A stretch of DNA of 62,475 nt, the filler included, from Choristocarpus tenellus KU-1152 (lineage: Eukaryota; Protista; Phaeophyceae), in assembly GCA_964200185.2 (NCBI GenBank). It is 13 parts of 13 records of this genome, joined end to end, with 100 filler letters (N's around TTAATTAATTAA, not from the genome) between each part and the next. Parts side by side here need not be neighbours in the genome. Positions count along the whole stretch, not along the records: positions 24,833 to 28,221 come from CAXNAD020020369.1; positions 28,322 to 31,145 come from CAXNAD020024438.1; positions 31,246 to 41,861 come from CAXNAD020002830.1; 10 more parts are not named here. One strand, given 5' to 3'. The position numbers and the translations under genes were made by a program. The notes below the pieces were generated by a model. It did no database searches. It was given only the letters and a program-made list of their open reading frames with translations, and was not told the origin of the DNA. Of the stretch, positions 25,601-37,704 are shown in pieces. Position 1 is the stretch's first letter. Each line of letters begins with the position of its first letter.

Positions 25601-27579
25601 ATCCCACTCATTCAACAACAACACCGTTACTACTCTGCGTGCTGCGTCTACAGAATTCTGTTTTCTCGATCATATCTTCTCTTGTTGGTTTGGGGTTTCA
25701 TGTATCCTCTTTCCCCCCCTCTCTTCCTTTTTGCGATATATAATGAGTGGTGTTTTTCGGCTCAAATTAACCTCGTATAATTCAAGGTTTATGGATGTTA
25801 GTAAATTGTACTATTACACCTGGCGGGTTTTGAGTATGTTGTTGATTCGTACCTACAGAAGAAAGACGTAAGTAAGAAGGTCAGTCAGTGTGAGGTAAGG
25901 CAAATAATTTTGACGTTCCATATTTTTGAATGATGCTTCCCAAGGTGTGAAACCCCCTGTTTTTTAATCTTTTTCCCTGTCAATCTAAGGGGAGTGCTCA
26001 CAACAATTACAAGGGTGGGGAAAACGTCTGCTCCGTGCGCGTCCAAACGACATTTCTTGTAAGTAAGACTACAACCCAATACGCCAAAAATACGCGTATG
26101 CAAGGATGGTGATCTTACGAATCCGTTTCTTATTGTGATTTCTTTCTCCTCTCTTTCTGTATCTCCTTTTCCCTTCTTCTTCCACAACTTAACAAAAAAA
26201 ATGTACTTGCAACTTTACATACTTTTAATATTACATGCCCGTTGACCTTTTGATGTTAGAACTCTATTTGTTGTTGGTACTGTTGTATTCTCCTATACAT
26301 GGAGAACAATAAGGTAAACAACGGTTACCCAACACCTCTAACCTAATAAGCAAACAGATGCGATGCACTTATGAGCAGTCACAAGCAATGAATAGATGCA
26401 CGGTGAAAGCAGACAGCCAAAACCTAGAGAAATCACAACTCAGTCTCCAGACAACTCTCGCAGAATTAAAAGCATGTCCAACATGAATCAGCACGCTCTA
26501 TAGCTCACCTCCAAGGGATGTCTACCTCCAGTCCACAAGCCTACAGATGGCGCTGATGCACTACTTACAGGACTCCTGATGCATAAGTCAAGTATGCTGG
26601 ATCTCTCACTTGAATTTTCCCTTTGTCAGTATCAATACCATCGTATAGAAGGAATTGGTCAACCATGTCTTATCTCTATCGACCATCATAATGACCAAAT
26701 AATATGGAGTAAATAGTCAATAAGTACAATATATAAAATGTAGGACTTCAAGGTCACAATGACGTTTATGAAACCGCCATCAAGACATACACCGCCTGTA
26801 ACAGTGGTGCAATAGAACATTAACAGTCACAACTGTTTCCCATTTTTGTAATGTACATTTTATATTTTGAAGTGTTTTTTTACTATCCTCTACGTGTGTG
26901 TTTCCTTACCCCACTTTTGTGAGGAGAAGACTATCCTTCCCCTCCAGTGCCAGAATTCTCCCAAATTGTTGCATACACTCCACCCTCCTCAATTTCCATT
27001 TTAATTAAAGAACCTGGTCAGCTCCTTCTACATGAAGATGTTTCCTGCTTCCTTTTCCGGTCGGTCACCTTTTCACCACTACATCTCTGCACACCATCAA
27101 CACCTGCATCCCTTAGCCACCCCCCTCCCCCCCTGACATGCTTTTCTATGTGCTGTTAAGTCTTTTCTATGCGCAACCTATTGTTCCTGCTGCCCGTCGC
27201 CCCATCCGTTAAGTTCTTTGTGCCACAACTTTGGTGTGGACTTGTTTATTGGTTTTGTGCATTCTTGAGAGCGGTATATTAAGTTAGTTGGGGGCCTCGA
27301 ACTGCAGCACTTGGTATATCCGCATCCACAACAGTGTGCCATAGGTCTGTTACATAGATTTTGAGAATTAAAGGTGCCTAGAGTGGGTTTGTGGGGACTG
27401 TGGAACTGAGTGCTGATATGGCGGTAAAGCAACATGCTACTAGCCAAGTAGTGTTTGAAGGTGGTGGGAGGGCAAGAAAGCACGAAGCTATGCAAGTTCC
27501 CTGATACTTAGATGATCTTACATTATTTTTTCATCATTCCCCCCATCCCCTCGATCTGTGTCTCTCTCTACTGTGTGCA

Positions 27580-27730
27580 GATGGGTAGTCGGAACCTTCT
27601 TTCTTTTTGCGAGCGTGATGTTTTTTTTCCGATTTCAATGCTGAGGACAAAGGTTTATGCCCGAGTGGAGCACTCAACATTTGAAGGTCCAGCATCCTCT
27701 GGCATATGCCCAGAGAGAGGAAGGGTTTAT
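27580..27730 (+). mobile_element. Possible hAT transposase C-terminal dimerisation-domain relic
   Basis: NLLSFCERDVFFPISMLRTKVYARVEHSTFEGPASSGICPER loosely follows L.FW....FP.L..LA.K.....SS..SER.FS..G. Confidence 0.3.
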
Positions 27731-28148
27731 TTTGTTGTGTGTAGTTCACGTCTTCCAGAGTTCAAAGAGATTTTCAGAGAGAGAAGGAAATGTCTTGCAA
27801 TGTTAGAGAGAGAGATGATATCCATCACGTGCTTTTACGTGCTAGTGTTGTCAGCAGTAGGACCGCGTCCTTTGTCTATTTTTCTTCTGCTTCTACTAGC
27901 AAACTTTTCGTGTACGCCCCTCCTGTGTTGAGGCCATATGACACACTGAAGCGCTGTACACATGCAGCAGGGGGGAGAACTCAGAGTATCAAGGCTATGG
28001 ATTGACATGTGCTCCTCCTTAGGCTAACTGTAGTCTAGAGCTGATACCTGTTTCCCTCCTTTTTTTGGACAGGACCTTTTTTTTTCTCTCTCTCTCTCTT
28101 CATTGTGGTTTGATTTCCTTTGCATATTTTCCTTTTTTTTGTGATTGT

Positions 28149-28390
28149 GGCTCAAAGTAGCTAGGGGGGGGGGTGGCGGCTGTCCATTTGGGGCCCATTT
28201 ATACATGTCGTAATTACTGGGNNNNNNNNNNNNNNNNNNNNNNNNNNNNNNNNNNNNNNNNNNNNTTAATTAATTAANNNNNNNNNNNNNNNNNNNNNNN
28301 NNNNNNNNNNNNNNNNNNNNNCTTTTCCTGATTTTGGTCCAAATGGACACCCTGGTGTAGACCCTCCCCCCCTCCCAGATACTTTGGGTC
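28149..28390 (+). mobile_element. MITE type B halves flanking a linker (28149-28221, 28322-28390)
   Basis: Left GGCTCAAAGTA end, right AGATACTTTGGGTC end. Confidence 0.8.
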
Positions 28391-30453
28391 TTGGAGACCT
28401 GGTCGACTTGGAGATTGTCATTGATAATCCACGTTGGTGGAAAGGGTTTTTACGAGATTACGACGAGGGACTATGAGATTCCTGAAACATCCACCACCAT
28501 CTCAGGGGAAGCAGTGCGAACGGTACATGCCACACATATCAAGAACAATAAGGCGTTATGGTTCCTGTTTATTCAAGCAACAAAAGGATCAGTATCGGCA
28601 ATCATTGCACGTTACGAAAACGGGGGCCAACCAGGTGACAGAGGTGCCTTGTCTACCATGCAGCATATTGAGTACTGGAAGAATACGACGGAATGGAGGA
28701 AAAATTATGGATTCAGGAACAATAGAACGTTATCTGAGGACCTCCAAGAATTCGCCCAAGATAAGCCTACGAAAGTCGGGGAGGTCCTTAAATTTAACTG
28801 GAACCATAATCACCTCGAACAAGAATCGAGAGCCTGCGCTGCACGAGCCAATCAAAAGCAGAGGCTGACATTGAGGGACTGCACAACGTATTGGGTCACA
28901 TCAACCCATCAGCAATCAAGCATCTCGAGAAACGTGGACTTTTGGAGATCACCGCCACTACTGTGGCGTCAGAACTACGGTGCGAGACCCGAAGGAATGC
29001 AAATCCAAGGCCTTAAGTTATCAACGGGGTGGCAGGACCCCCAAGCAGCCCGGTGAGGTTGTCCACACCGATTTGGTGGGATCTTTCAAGCAGACATCAC
29101 TGGTCATAAAAATTTCCAGGTGTTTGTCGATGAGAGCAGCAGAGACAAGAGGGTTTATGGATTGAAAACCAAACATGCAGCGATGGACGCAACCGCTGCC
29201 TATATGGACCAGATAGTCAGGGAAGGTATACAAGTCCAATGCATCAGTGGGGATGATGCTGGCGAGCTTGGGAGATTGGTGAAGTTCCAAAGGATGCTGG
29301 CACACAACGGTACCCGATGGAGGAAATCTCCACCGAGAACACCACAGAGCAACAGGATCGCCGAAAGGGTGATAAAGCAACCCATGGGGGCAGCAAGGAG
29401 TCAACTGGCAAAGGCTGGGCTGGGCGACAAGTACTGGTTCTTCGCCATCACGGACGCCGCCTTCAAAACTGGAGGTATACCACACGAATACCTCGGAGGA
29501 GAGACACCATGCGAGCGTCTAACAGGTAAAGCTTTCAACTAAGATAGGCTTCGAACCTTGGGGAGCGAGTGCTATGTTCACCAGCACAATCAGCAGAGGG
29601 GAGCAGGCTCAAAATTTCACCCATATGCCAAGCCGGGTATAATCATGGGACATGACCATACATCACTGTGTTGGTGCATCTGGCTTCCTCAAGAGGCCAA
29701 GCTGATGACCTCAGCCCAAGTGACGTTCGAGCCAGATGAACACATCATGGACTTCGTGGGGGAGAGAGAGACCCATGACTTTTACCGATGATGAAGAGAT
29801 TTCCGATACTGAAGACGACTCTGATCTAGATTTCGATATTGAAGACGATCCGATACCACAAGCAGCCGCGAGCAAGAACTCGACAAATTCACCTAGCGGA
29901 CAACGGAGTTCAGCCAGGATAGCTGAACAACCCAGGGTGAACTACAGGGGCTTACACTCTGGAGATACTGAAGAAGTGGGGGAGCATATAGTCAATCTAC
30001 TCAGAGCAAGCATGGATGAAGCCTACTGTTTGATGAGCATGGGAGGTGACATCTGTTCATATTCAAGATCAAACACACAGCCAATGGAGACATTGAAAGG
30101 CTCAAGGCCAGGCTGGTGGCACGGGTTTTTTCCCAGCAAGAAGGGGTGGACTACTTTAGCACATTGAGTCCAGTGGTGGCATTCAACCGATATGAGGCTG
30201 GCATCACACTGGACGAGCGTTTCTATGCAGAGATTATTTGTTTGTAAAGGAATGTGATCCACGGCACTACAATGTGCAGACATCTTGACCAAAAGATTAC
30301 GTAAGAAGCAGGTAGAAGACATTGTAGACACTGTGGTGATTAGATTAATGTCGTATGTTAAAGTTGAAGTAATCTGCGTTCTTTTACTGCATTGACAGGA
30401 TAAATGTGATGTGTGTGAGAGTTGAACCATTTTTTTTTACTCTCATGGGGGAG
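28391..30453 (+). mobile_element. Decayed Ty1/Copia element, same family as 585-2520
   Basis: IGHINPSAIKHL pre-integrase, PGEVVHTDLVG, FVDESSR...CISGDDAGE...PRTPQSNRIAER integrase, ARLVARGF RT remnant, ADILTK RNase H end, PPT GGGGGAG at about 30447-30453. Confidence 0.92.
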
Positions 30454-30707
30454 TGTGCAGAATAGGAAAATAGTGAGTTGTACCTTATTTTGTGTATGAG
30501 AGATAATCATTTTGATTTTGATTTAGTCCATGTGATGTAATTAATGAGAAAGTACATCCGGATTATGATTGGGTTATTATTCTGCATTCAACTACTTTGA
30601 CGTAACCGTTGAATTATGTAGGAAGCACAAAATAATAATAAAAAAACCAATAGGAAGACACCCCACAAAGGTCATTCTTTTAATTCCATCCATTCTTTCC
30701 ACTTTCA
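30454..30707 (+). repeat. Probable 3' LTR of the Copia element (right boundary uncertain)
   Basis: Starts TG immediately after the PPT; AT-rich. Confidence 0.5.
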
Positions 30708-30764
30708 GCAAAGAGGGTCGTGTGAGGCTTCACACCTTGTTGTCTTCATTACGGATAAATAGCA

Positions 30765-31073
30765 TTACCTCGCAAGGAAATTGCACACGGTCAACATGTT
30801 ATTGAGCGAGTCACAGACAGTGTTGAGCTTCAGCCCATAGAGAATCTGTCTTGGGGATATTGACATGGGGGAAACGTAGGGGAGCTTGAAGGTGGTCAGC
30901 TGATGAAGAATAATACCCTGCATGAGTTCAGCAACCCCATTATATTGAGGGCTGTTTGCAAGTGTAAACTCCTTTTTTATCCTGCGATCACGGCAAAGAG
31001 CACCGAAAGCACCCTCATAAAATTCCCCCCCATTATCAGACCGCAAGCACATGACCCAAGAGAGAGTACCGTC
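30765..31073 (-). mobile_element. Integrase fragment of another Copia family
   Basis: CLRSDNGGEFYEGAFGALCRDRRIKKEFTLANSPQYNGVAE. Confidence 0.85.
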
Positions 31074-31145
31074 TGTTAAGAATATGCTTTTTATTCTTAT
31101 GTAAAAGAAGATTCTGTAGAAGAAACAATTTAAGAATGAAGAGAC
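31074..31145 (+). repeat. LTR start at contig end; near-identical copy at 51727-51795
   Basis: TGTTAAGAATATGCTTTTTATTC...AGAAGATTCTGTAGAAGAAACAATTTAAGAATGAAGA at both ends. Confidence 0.75.
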
Positions 31146-31722
31146 NNNNNNNNNNNNNNNNNNNNNNNNNNNNNNNNNNNNNNNNNNNNTTAATTAATTA
31201 ANNNNNNNNNNNNNNNNNNNNNNNNNNNNNNNNNNNNNNNNNNNNATTGATTTCCCAGCTCACCACGATTAATTAGTCGCTTCGACGATTGATTCCCAGC
31301 TAACCCTAACCCTAATTACTACAAAATCGATATTATACCATATAGATTCTGTGCCGCTTTTTTAGGGCATACCCATGGGTGAACAAAATCGGTGTAGGTA
31401 CTATACCTGCATATACTTCGTGAGCTCAAACCCCCTTGACGTCCCACCTTTCAATGAAGATATACTTTTTTCAATTCGTAGATAAAGATATCCACTCCTC
31501 GTCTTGAAAGGAAATACAACAGTAACTGCGCTAAATAGATAATAATATGCTGAGGAACAAAATGCTCTGACCAATCATCGCGCTGGAGAGAAGTGGTCTG
31601 CCCATTCGTCTGGTGCTATTGGGTTAATCGTTAGGTGAAGTAAGACTGACAGACTCGGTCCAATGGTAAAATGCCGTTTTGAAACCAATACTCCTATGTT
31701 TCGTCTAATGTTTGTTAATCAT

Positions 31723-31986
31723 GAGTCAAAGTGTCTTGGAGGGTAGAGCCGTGTCCGTTTGGCGGCCAAAATCCAATGTTGTGATGATATTGATGTAATT
31801 TTGGCTATTGTGTTTGTTAGGAAGTGTCAACATCCTTTTTCCGGGCACAACTTTTCATAAAGTATACATTTTTCTTCTTCTCCGAAATGTTTCAGAGTAG
31901 GAAAAAGTCATAATAAAACTCGTGGGAAGCCAACCTCCAAACGGACAAACAGGGCAAAACTCGTACCCTCTAAGATACTTTCACTC
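31723..31986 (+). mobile_element. MITE type A, full length
   Basis: GAGTCAAAGTGTCTTGGAGGGT...ACCCTCTAAGATACTTTCACTC. Confidence 0.88.
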
Positions 31987-32716
31987 TATTGCCCTATGAC
32001 ATTTGCACATGTACCAGGGGAGGGGGGGATATAGAGACTAAAACTATGAGACAAGACACTGCAGATACAATAATGGTTGTCACCGATAAGGTACCACCCT
32101 AAAATGTGTACTACTTCGGAGTATTTGAGAAAAATATTACAGCGACAATGTCCCCTTGGAAATTATTCTCTAGTAGGTATTTGGAGATACTGGTGTGATC
32201 CCAACCTAGCCCTTCGAAGGTTGGCGAGGAGGTAGGGAAGCACCCCAAGAATCTTCCAGGCTCCTTTATGGTGACCTATCTGGTCCCTTTAACTTGAAAT
32301 GCACGATATGTCTCAAAATAGCCACTAGTGGATGGAGACTATCTTTCTCAAACTAGACTTGACGCCCCGTCCCAACAATTAACTTCCAGCCCTCCCCGCC
32401 TCTTCTGCATGATCAAAGAAACCCTTTGTGTAATGTGCATATTGGTTAATGTCCTGCACCTTGCATAAATTGCAGCCAGCATGTCTTACAGGCGAATAGC
32501 GTAAGTATTTCTTCTCGTGCTCTAACAAGCGTGAGCAGTATACATGTGTGGGGGGAACCATATAAAGAGGACCTCAGATTTGCAAAAAGTTACAGGGTAA
32601 GGTCTGTAACTTGAGTATGTATGCAACCGTTTGCAGATGTATTCTAACGTCTGTAAATAATAAAAAAGTGGATGATTTTAATAAAAGAGTCTTCCATCAC
32701 CACGTGATTCACTTCT

Positions 32717-32890
32717 GACCCAATATCTGGGGGGGGGTCTACAACCAGGGTGTCCATTCGAGTCCTGACCAGGAAAAGTGCACTTACATTATCCATCCGA
32801 CGCATGCAACCAAATCACCCAAGAATCATGACAAGTAAAAATGTGCCTCGAATGGACAGCCGCCACCCCACCCCTCAGATACTTTGAGCC
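32717..32890 (-). mobile_element. MITE type B, full length
   Basis: GACCCAATATCTGG...CAGATACTTTGAGCC, reverse of 34725-34906. Confidence 0.85.
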
Positions 32891-32929
32891 TCTTGAAAAT
32901 TGATAAAACCATTGATACCAATTAGAGGC

Positions 32930-33650
32930 CATCGATCGAGAGAAGTACCCTGATCTGCTGACCTGACTTGCATAGGATCTGTCGACTATTGGAGCATCCT
33001 GGGAGGCTTGTACGAACATCAACGTCATGTATAGGCCTGTGGATTGGAACTAGACATCCTGTGGAGGTAAGCTTCTGGAGCGTGCTGTAACACATGCGCA
33101 CAAGATGTCTAAGAATGTTTTAGCAGTTGCTGGATCCCTGTGGAAGTTGTTGCCCAAGCTTTCTTTTGTCTTGCTTCACTCGAGTAAACTATAAATTACG
33201 ATCAAGCAAGTGACAATCCACTACACTGCTGTGACGAAAGCGACAGATCAAAACCACGATCTCTTGGGTTTCAATCCACGACTCAGTTGAGATGAAGACA
33301 CCAGTAAGTAACAATCGACTTCTCTGTTGTGATGGAAGCAAGGTTTCTCTGTCTGCTCCAACCACTTGCAGATATATGGGGAATGGGGAAGAAGATGACC
33401 TAACTTCAATCAGATAATAGAAAGCCGTAATTTTACACGTTATTCCACAGGCACAACCCAATAACATGTGATGCAAATCCTACTTGCACTGTCAGCCACG
33501 ATCTACACAAGCATATCCCTGCACCTAAAGGAAACATCGAGTCAATAAGTTGATGCTCGACTTGGTGTGTTGTATGATCCTGAGCCTCTAGTTTTTTCAT
33601 CGCGACTTGCACCTCCTTGTGGCGCATTATTGTAGCAGCAGTCTCACCTC
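32930..33650 (-). mobile_element. Possible decayed hAT transposase
   Basis: GFASHVIGLC (like CxxHxLNL), EIVVLICRFRHS, DV*FQSTGLYMTL (like DV.TRWNST) in the expected order across frameshifts. Confidence 0.35.
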
Positions 33651-34590
33651 ATACCCTCCCTCTATCCAGTCAAAAGATTGTACACAATAAGTTGAATGGA
33701 TCTGGAATGGATGTGACCTTGCCATTCCGAAAATGAAATCCACAAGAGAGAACTTCTTCGCCCAAGGGTAGAGTAAGATATACTGTCGACCTGTCAAATG
33801 TTCTCCTGCTACACTGGATGCAAGGAGACGGAGGCTTAGACTGGGATATGTGCAAAGTTCATCTAAATGCCATATGTGACTAGTCCTACCATGCGATTGT
33901 ATTCGTGCAGAACGATCAGAGTGAACATCTGAGCGAAGAAGCTATAGGCGTAGGCGGAGGTTGGAGTTATGCATGAACGTGCGTTTTTTTTTCTGTTTTC
34001 TGTTGTGGCTGGTATTGTTTGGGAGTGTTTGCATGCGTTCCGGCTATTTTACATGAATGAAGGATATTGGAAAGGGTTTCCAGGTAGGAGGGATGTAGCT
34101 TAGATTTGTTTGTAGGTGCATTTTTCATTTGATGAGCTTCTTCTTCCAGATATTTTGTAGGGTACAAAAGGATGGTTGTTGTCTTTTCGTTGCATGATTC
34201 TCTTGTTTTCTGTGATGCGTTTATCGCACAATTAAGTTTGCAACACATTTTAAATCTTCTACAACTCGTTAACCCTTTTGCAATCTGACAGGAATTCCTA
34301 CACAGGTGGTGTTATTTTACTCCAACTTCTTCAAAGAATTTCATGCTTTGAAACAGGGAATACTTATTAGCGGACAGGTTGAAACACGACCCAAGCAAAG
34401 TGGTAACAACCAGACCCCCTCATAAATCCATTGTGATAACTATGTATGTCCCTAACCCTAACCCAGCCTTAAAACCCAACTAACCCCGACCCCTCGATAA
34501 AACAAAAAATAGTACAAGAACACATATATATCTCAATATTATTACGGGGTTTGGTTATTTCATTTTGTGAATTCTTTTTGACTTCCAATT

Positions 34591-36610
34591 ATTATCTGCA
34601 AAATGTCAGAAGGCATGATAATATGTATTATCACACTGTAATAAGAACAAGTTAAACCCTTATTATTCTCCATCCAGGGCAACTGCTCCATGTAGCATAC
34701 ATTGATACAATGTACATCGTAATTGGCTCAAAGTATCTGGGGGGGGGGTGGCGAGTGTTCATTTGGGGTCCATTCTCTCCATGTCGTGATTTTTGGGTGA
34801 TCTGGTTGCATACGTCGGATGGATAATGCAAGTGGACTTTTCCTGGTTTTGACCCAAATGGACACCCTGGTGTAGACCCCCCAACCCCCCCCAGATACTT
34901 TGGGTCAATTTCCAAGTTTTAAATGAGTGTTTGTAGTATTGTAGCTGATATTCAAATAGTAAATAGATTTCAGAGATATCTGTTTCACATCTACCACAAC
35001 TGTTTACTTTTGGAGTGGTGCTTGTGATATTGGCTAGGTTTTTCCCTGACACATCTGCAATGTGTCAAGAGGTCATAATAAAAGAATGTGATGCAATTAT
35101 TGGACCAACAAACATTTTTCGTTATTATTTTCTTCACGTTTGTAGTTTAGCGACTGTATCAATCTGTGGTGAGAGGCACTACACACTGTTACTGGACAAC
35201 TTATCATTGTCACACTAAAGTAACTAACTCTTGCTCTACGTTATGATCAATTTGTATAATATTTTGCCCTTTGACATTTTCCAGGTAGTAGTTAGACATG
35301 TGAAGGGGAGGGAAACGATCAAATTGTAGGACTTAATACTTACAATTGCAAGTTCTACTACTGCTACTACTGCTACTACACTACCACTGCCTATTTTCTG
35401 ATGGTCTTGATTATCACGCCTTGAACCCAACCATTCCGTCTGTCATTCCTCCACCTCCCCTAACAAGGTAGAATCAAGTACGAGAGAACAAACCACTTTA
35501 GGTACAGAAGTAGGTAGAAATAGTTAAATAGGTATACCACGTACTAGTACTATGTAGATATTTTTTTTGTCGGATGTGTTCTACTTGTGTAGAATAAATA
35601 ATAGTGGTGAGTAATTTAAGTACAAATAATACATTTCTGACACATCTACAAAATGTCAAAGGGCCTAATAATAAAATAAATACAAGTAATTCCAATATAT
35701 ATAGAATCGATTTTTCCCCTGAAACATCTCCAAAACGTAAGAGCGGAAAATAATATAAAAATGATGCATTTGACATTTTGTAGATGTGTTAGGGGGAAAA
35801 GTAATGAATGTATTTTGCATATATTTTTATGTGGTGTGTACGGGGAAAGAGTAAATGAATATGTTATTATCCACTAATTTGTGATGGGAAAAAGTAATTT
35901 ACATCTATTTATATTATTTTGCCCTCTGACATTTTGCAGATGTGTCAGGGGAAAACCAATGAAAACTATATACATATGNNNNNNNNNNATATGTGTATAT
36001 AAAATGTCCTCAACATAAGAATACTATAAGACAATGCGTGGAAACCACTAATCAGTTAAATGATTATTATCTGGTGATGTGTGAGGGGAAAAGTAATGAA
36101 TATCTATTTGAGGAATGGGATGTGAGAGGTAATAAATGGGTTTCCGTTTACTTAGCGGTACCATGTGTGAGAAACCATATCACACTGGATATTTTATGTT
36201 TTTATTACTATATCCTCCGACATTGTTTTTCATTTGTAGGGGGAAAACCAATGAAAAAACCATTCAAATGTCAGAGCAACCCCTAAAGAAGTAATGTTTG
36301 TATATAGTTGTGATGTGAAAGACATTTTTCTATCCATTTACTATTTCAGTAAGAACTATGCTACATAACTCCTCCTATACCTCCAACCTACTTCAAGTGG
36401 TGTACTCCAACTTGTTGATAAGGAAACATAATATTTTATTTTCCCTCACATACAATTACGATCTCTATCACTGTCACATCATGCAGTTTTTGTTTTCGAC
36501 TTTTCCCTCCTACATCTATCTCTAAAAAGTCAAAGTGACCAATAAAATAGAGAATATCTCAACACGGTATATTGATATTTTCTCTGACACATCTATTAAA
36601 TGTCAAACGC
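34591..36610. repeat. Cluster of degenerate 30-bp hairpin repeats in both orientations
   Basis: Consensus CCCTGACACATCTGCAAAATGTCAGAGGG near 34594, 35043, 35636, 35716, 35770(rc), 35921(rc), 36581; also 2944(rc). Confidence 0.65.
34725..34906 (+). mobile_element. MITE type B, full length (182 bp), 4-bp TSD AATT
   Basis: AATT-GGCTCAAAGTATCTGG...CCAGATACTTTGGGTC-AATT. Confidence 0.92.
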
Positions 36611-37704
36611 CATTAAAAAAAAAAATGATGTTACGGTGTAAATGGTGGTTGTGAGTGTGAACCAAGTTTCCAACTTGTACAAAAGGGGGAGATTTCATAT
36701 TTTTTTTATGTATTTGAAGGAAGAATCTGCTTAATTATGTCGAATAACATCTAAGAAACATACAGAATAGAAATGGCATAACCGAACATCAGAAGTAGAA
36801 CAGCAGGATTTCTAAGGGTGCCGATTGTTTATTCTCTAAGGTCATTACCAATAGAGTTGTGTTCTCTGTTCTCTGTTCCTTTCAATGATGTTGTATTTTC
36901 AGGATAATCAGTGAAAAGAAGAGTTACTTTCCAAAGAACGTTTTTTCAGGTGTACCCCGAACTGTCCTGGTGGTAGTTTTTCTACTCTTTGATCTTCAGA
37001 ATTCGGCGATTTATTTATATTTTTTGTCTCCTTCTTTAAACAGTCGGAAAGATTTATGGGACGCTGAGAACTTTCAACTCATACTAAGTTGACTCTTTTT
37101 TCCTTCCGTCTAAGATTTTAGAAAGACATATCCTGTTCACAGTATAAAGTTGGAGTTAGATTCGATTATTGCCTTCAACATCTAGAAATATATACCTTTC
37201 ATCGGCATTCTCAGCTACGTCTCACAACCTCTGCTCAGAAAAATTAAGTGTATATATTGAAATTGATTCTTAGTGGTGGCTTTTTATATCTTCTGTTGAC
37301 TTCTGAGAAGATAAAGATTTCGGTAAGGGCAAAGGGTGACGACAAAAGGGCCGAAATTTAAGAACACACGTTTTCTGGAGGATCTACTGGCCCTCCATCA
37401 CAACTTGATCAACCATTGATTGCAGTGGAGGAAGAAGAGTCACTCGTACTGATTCTACTTGTCGCCTTTTCCCTGCGGATCGAGTGCGTCAAACAAACGA
37501 CTGAAGCATTTGTGGCTTTGTGACAGTCGAAGACATTCTATGTTCACGTGCTGTGTATGAGGACGAGCTCTTTTTGGGCTGCCTCTTCCGACTTGTTTTG
37601 CATTACCACCAACTCTTCGAAGAGACCATCAGGTTACCGTGTTGTAGTTGTGAAGATTAACCTGTGCGCTTACAGTGTAGGCTAACGTTCATTCTTCTTC
37701 TTAG

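Noticed and set aside
34591-36610. CRISPR-like appearance of hairpin repeats with spacers
   Set aside because: Repeats are degenerate, irregularly spaced and in both orientations, in eukaryotic DNA with no cas genes
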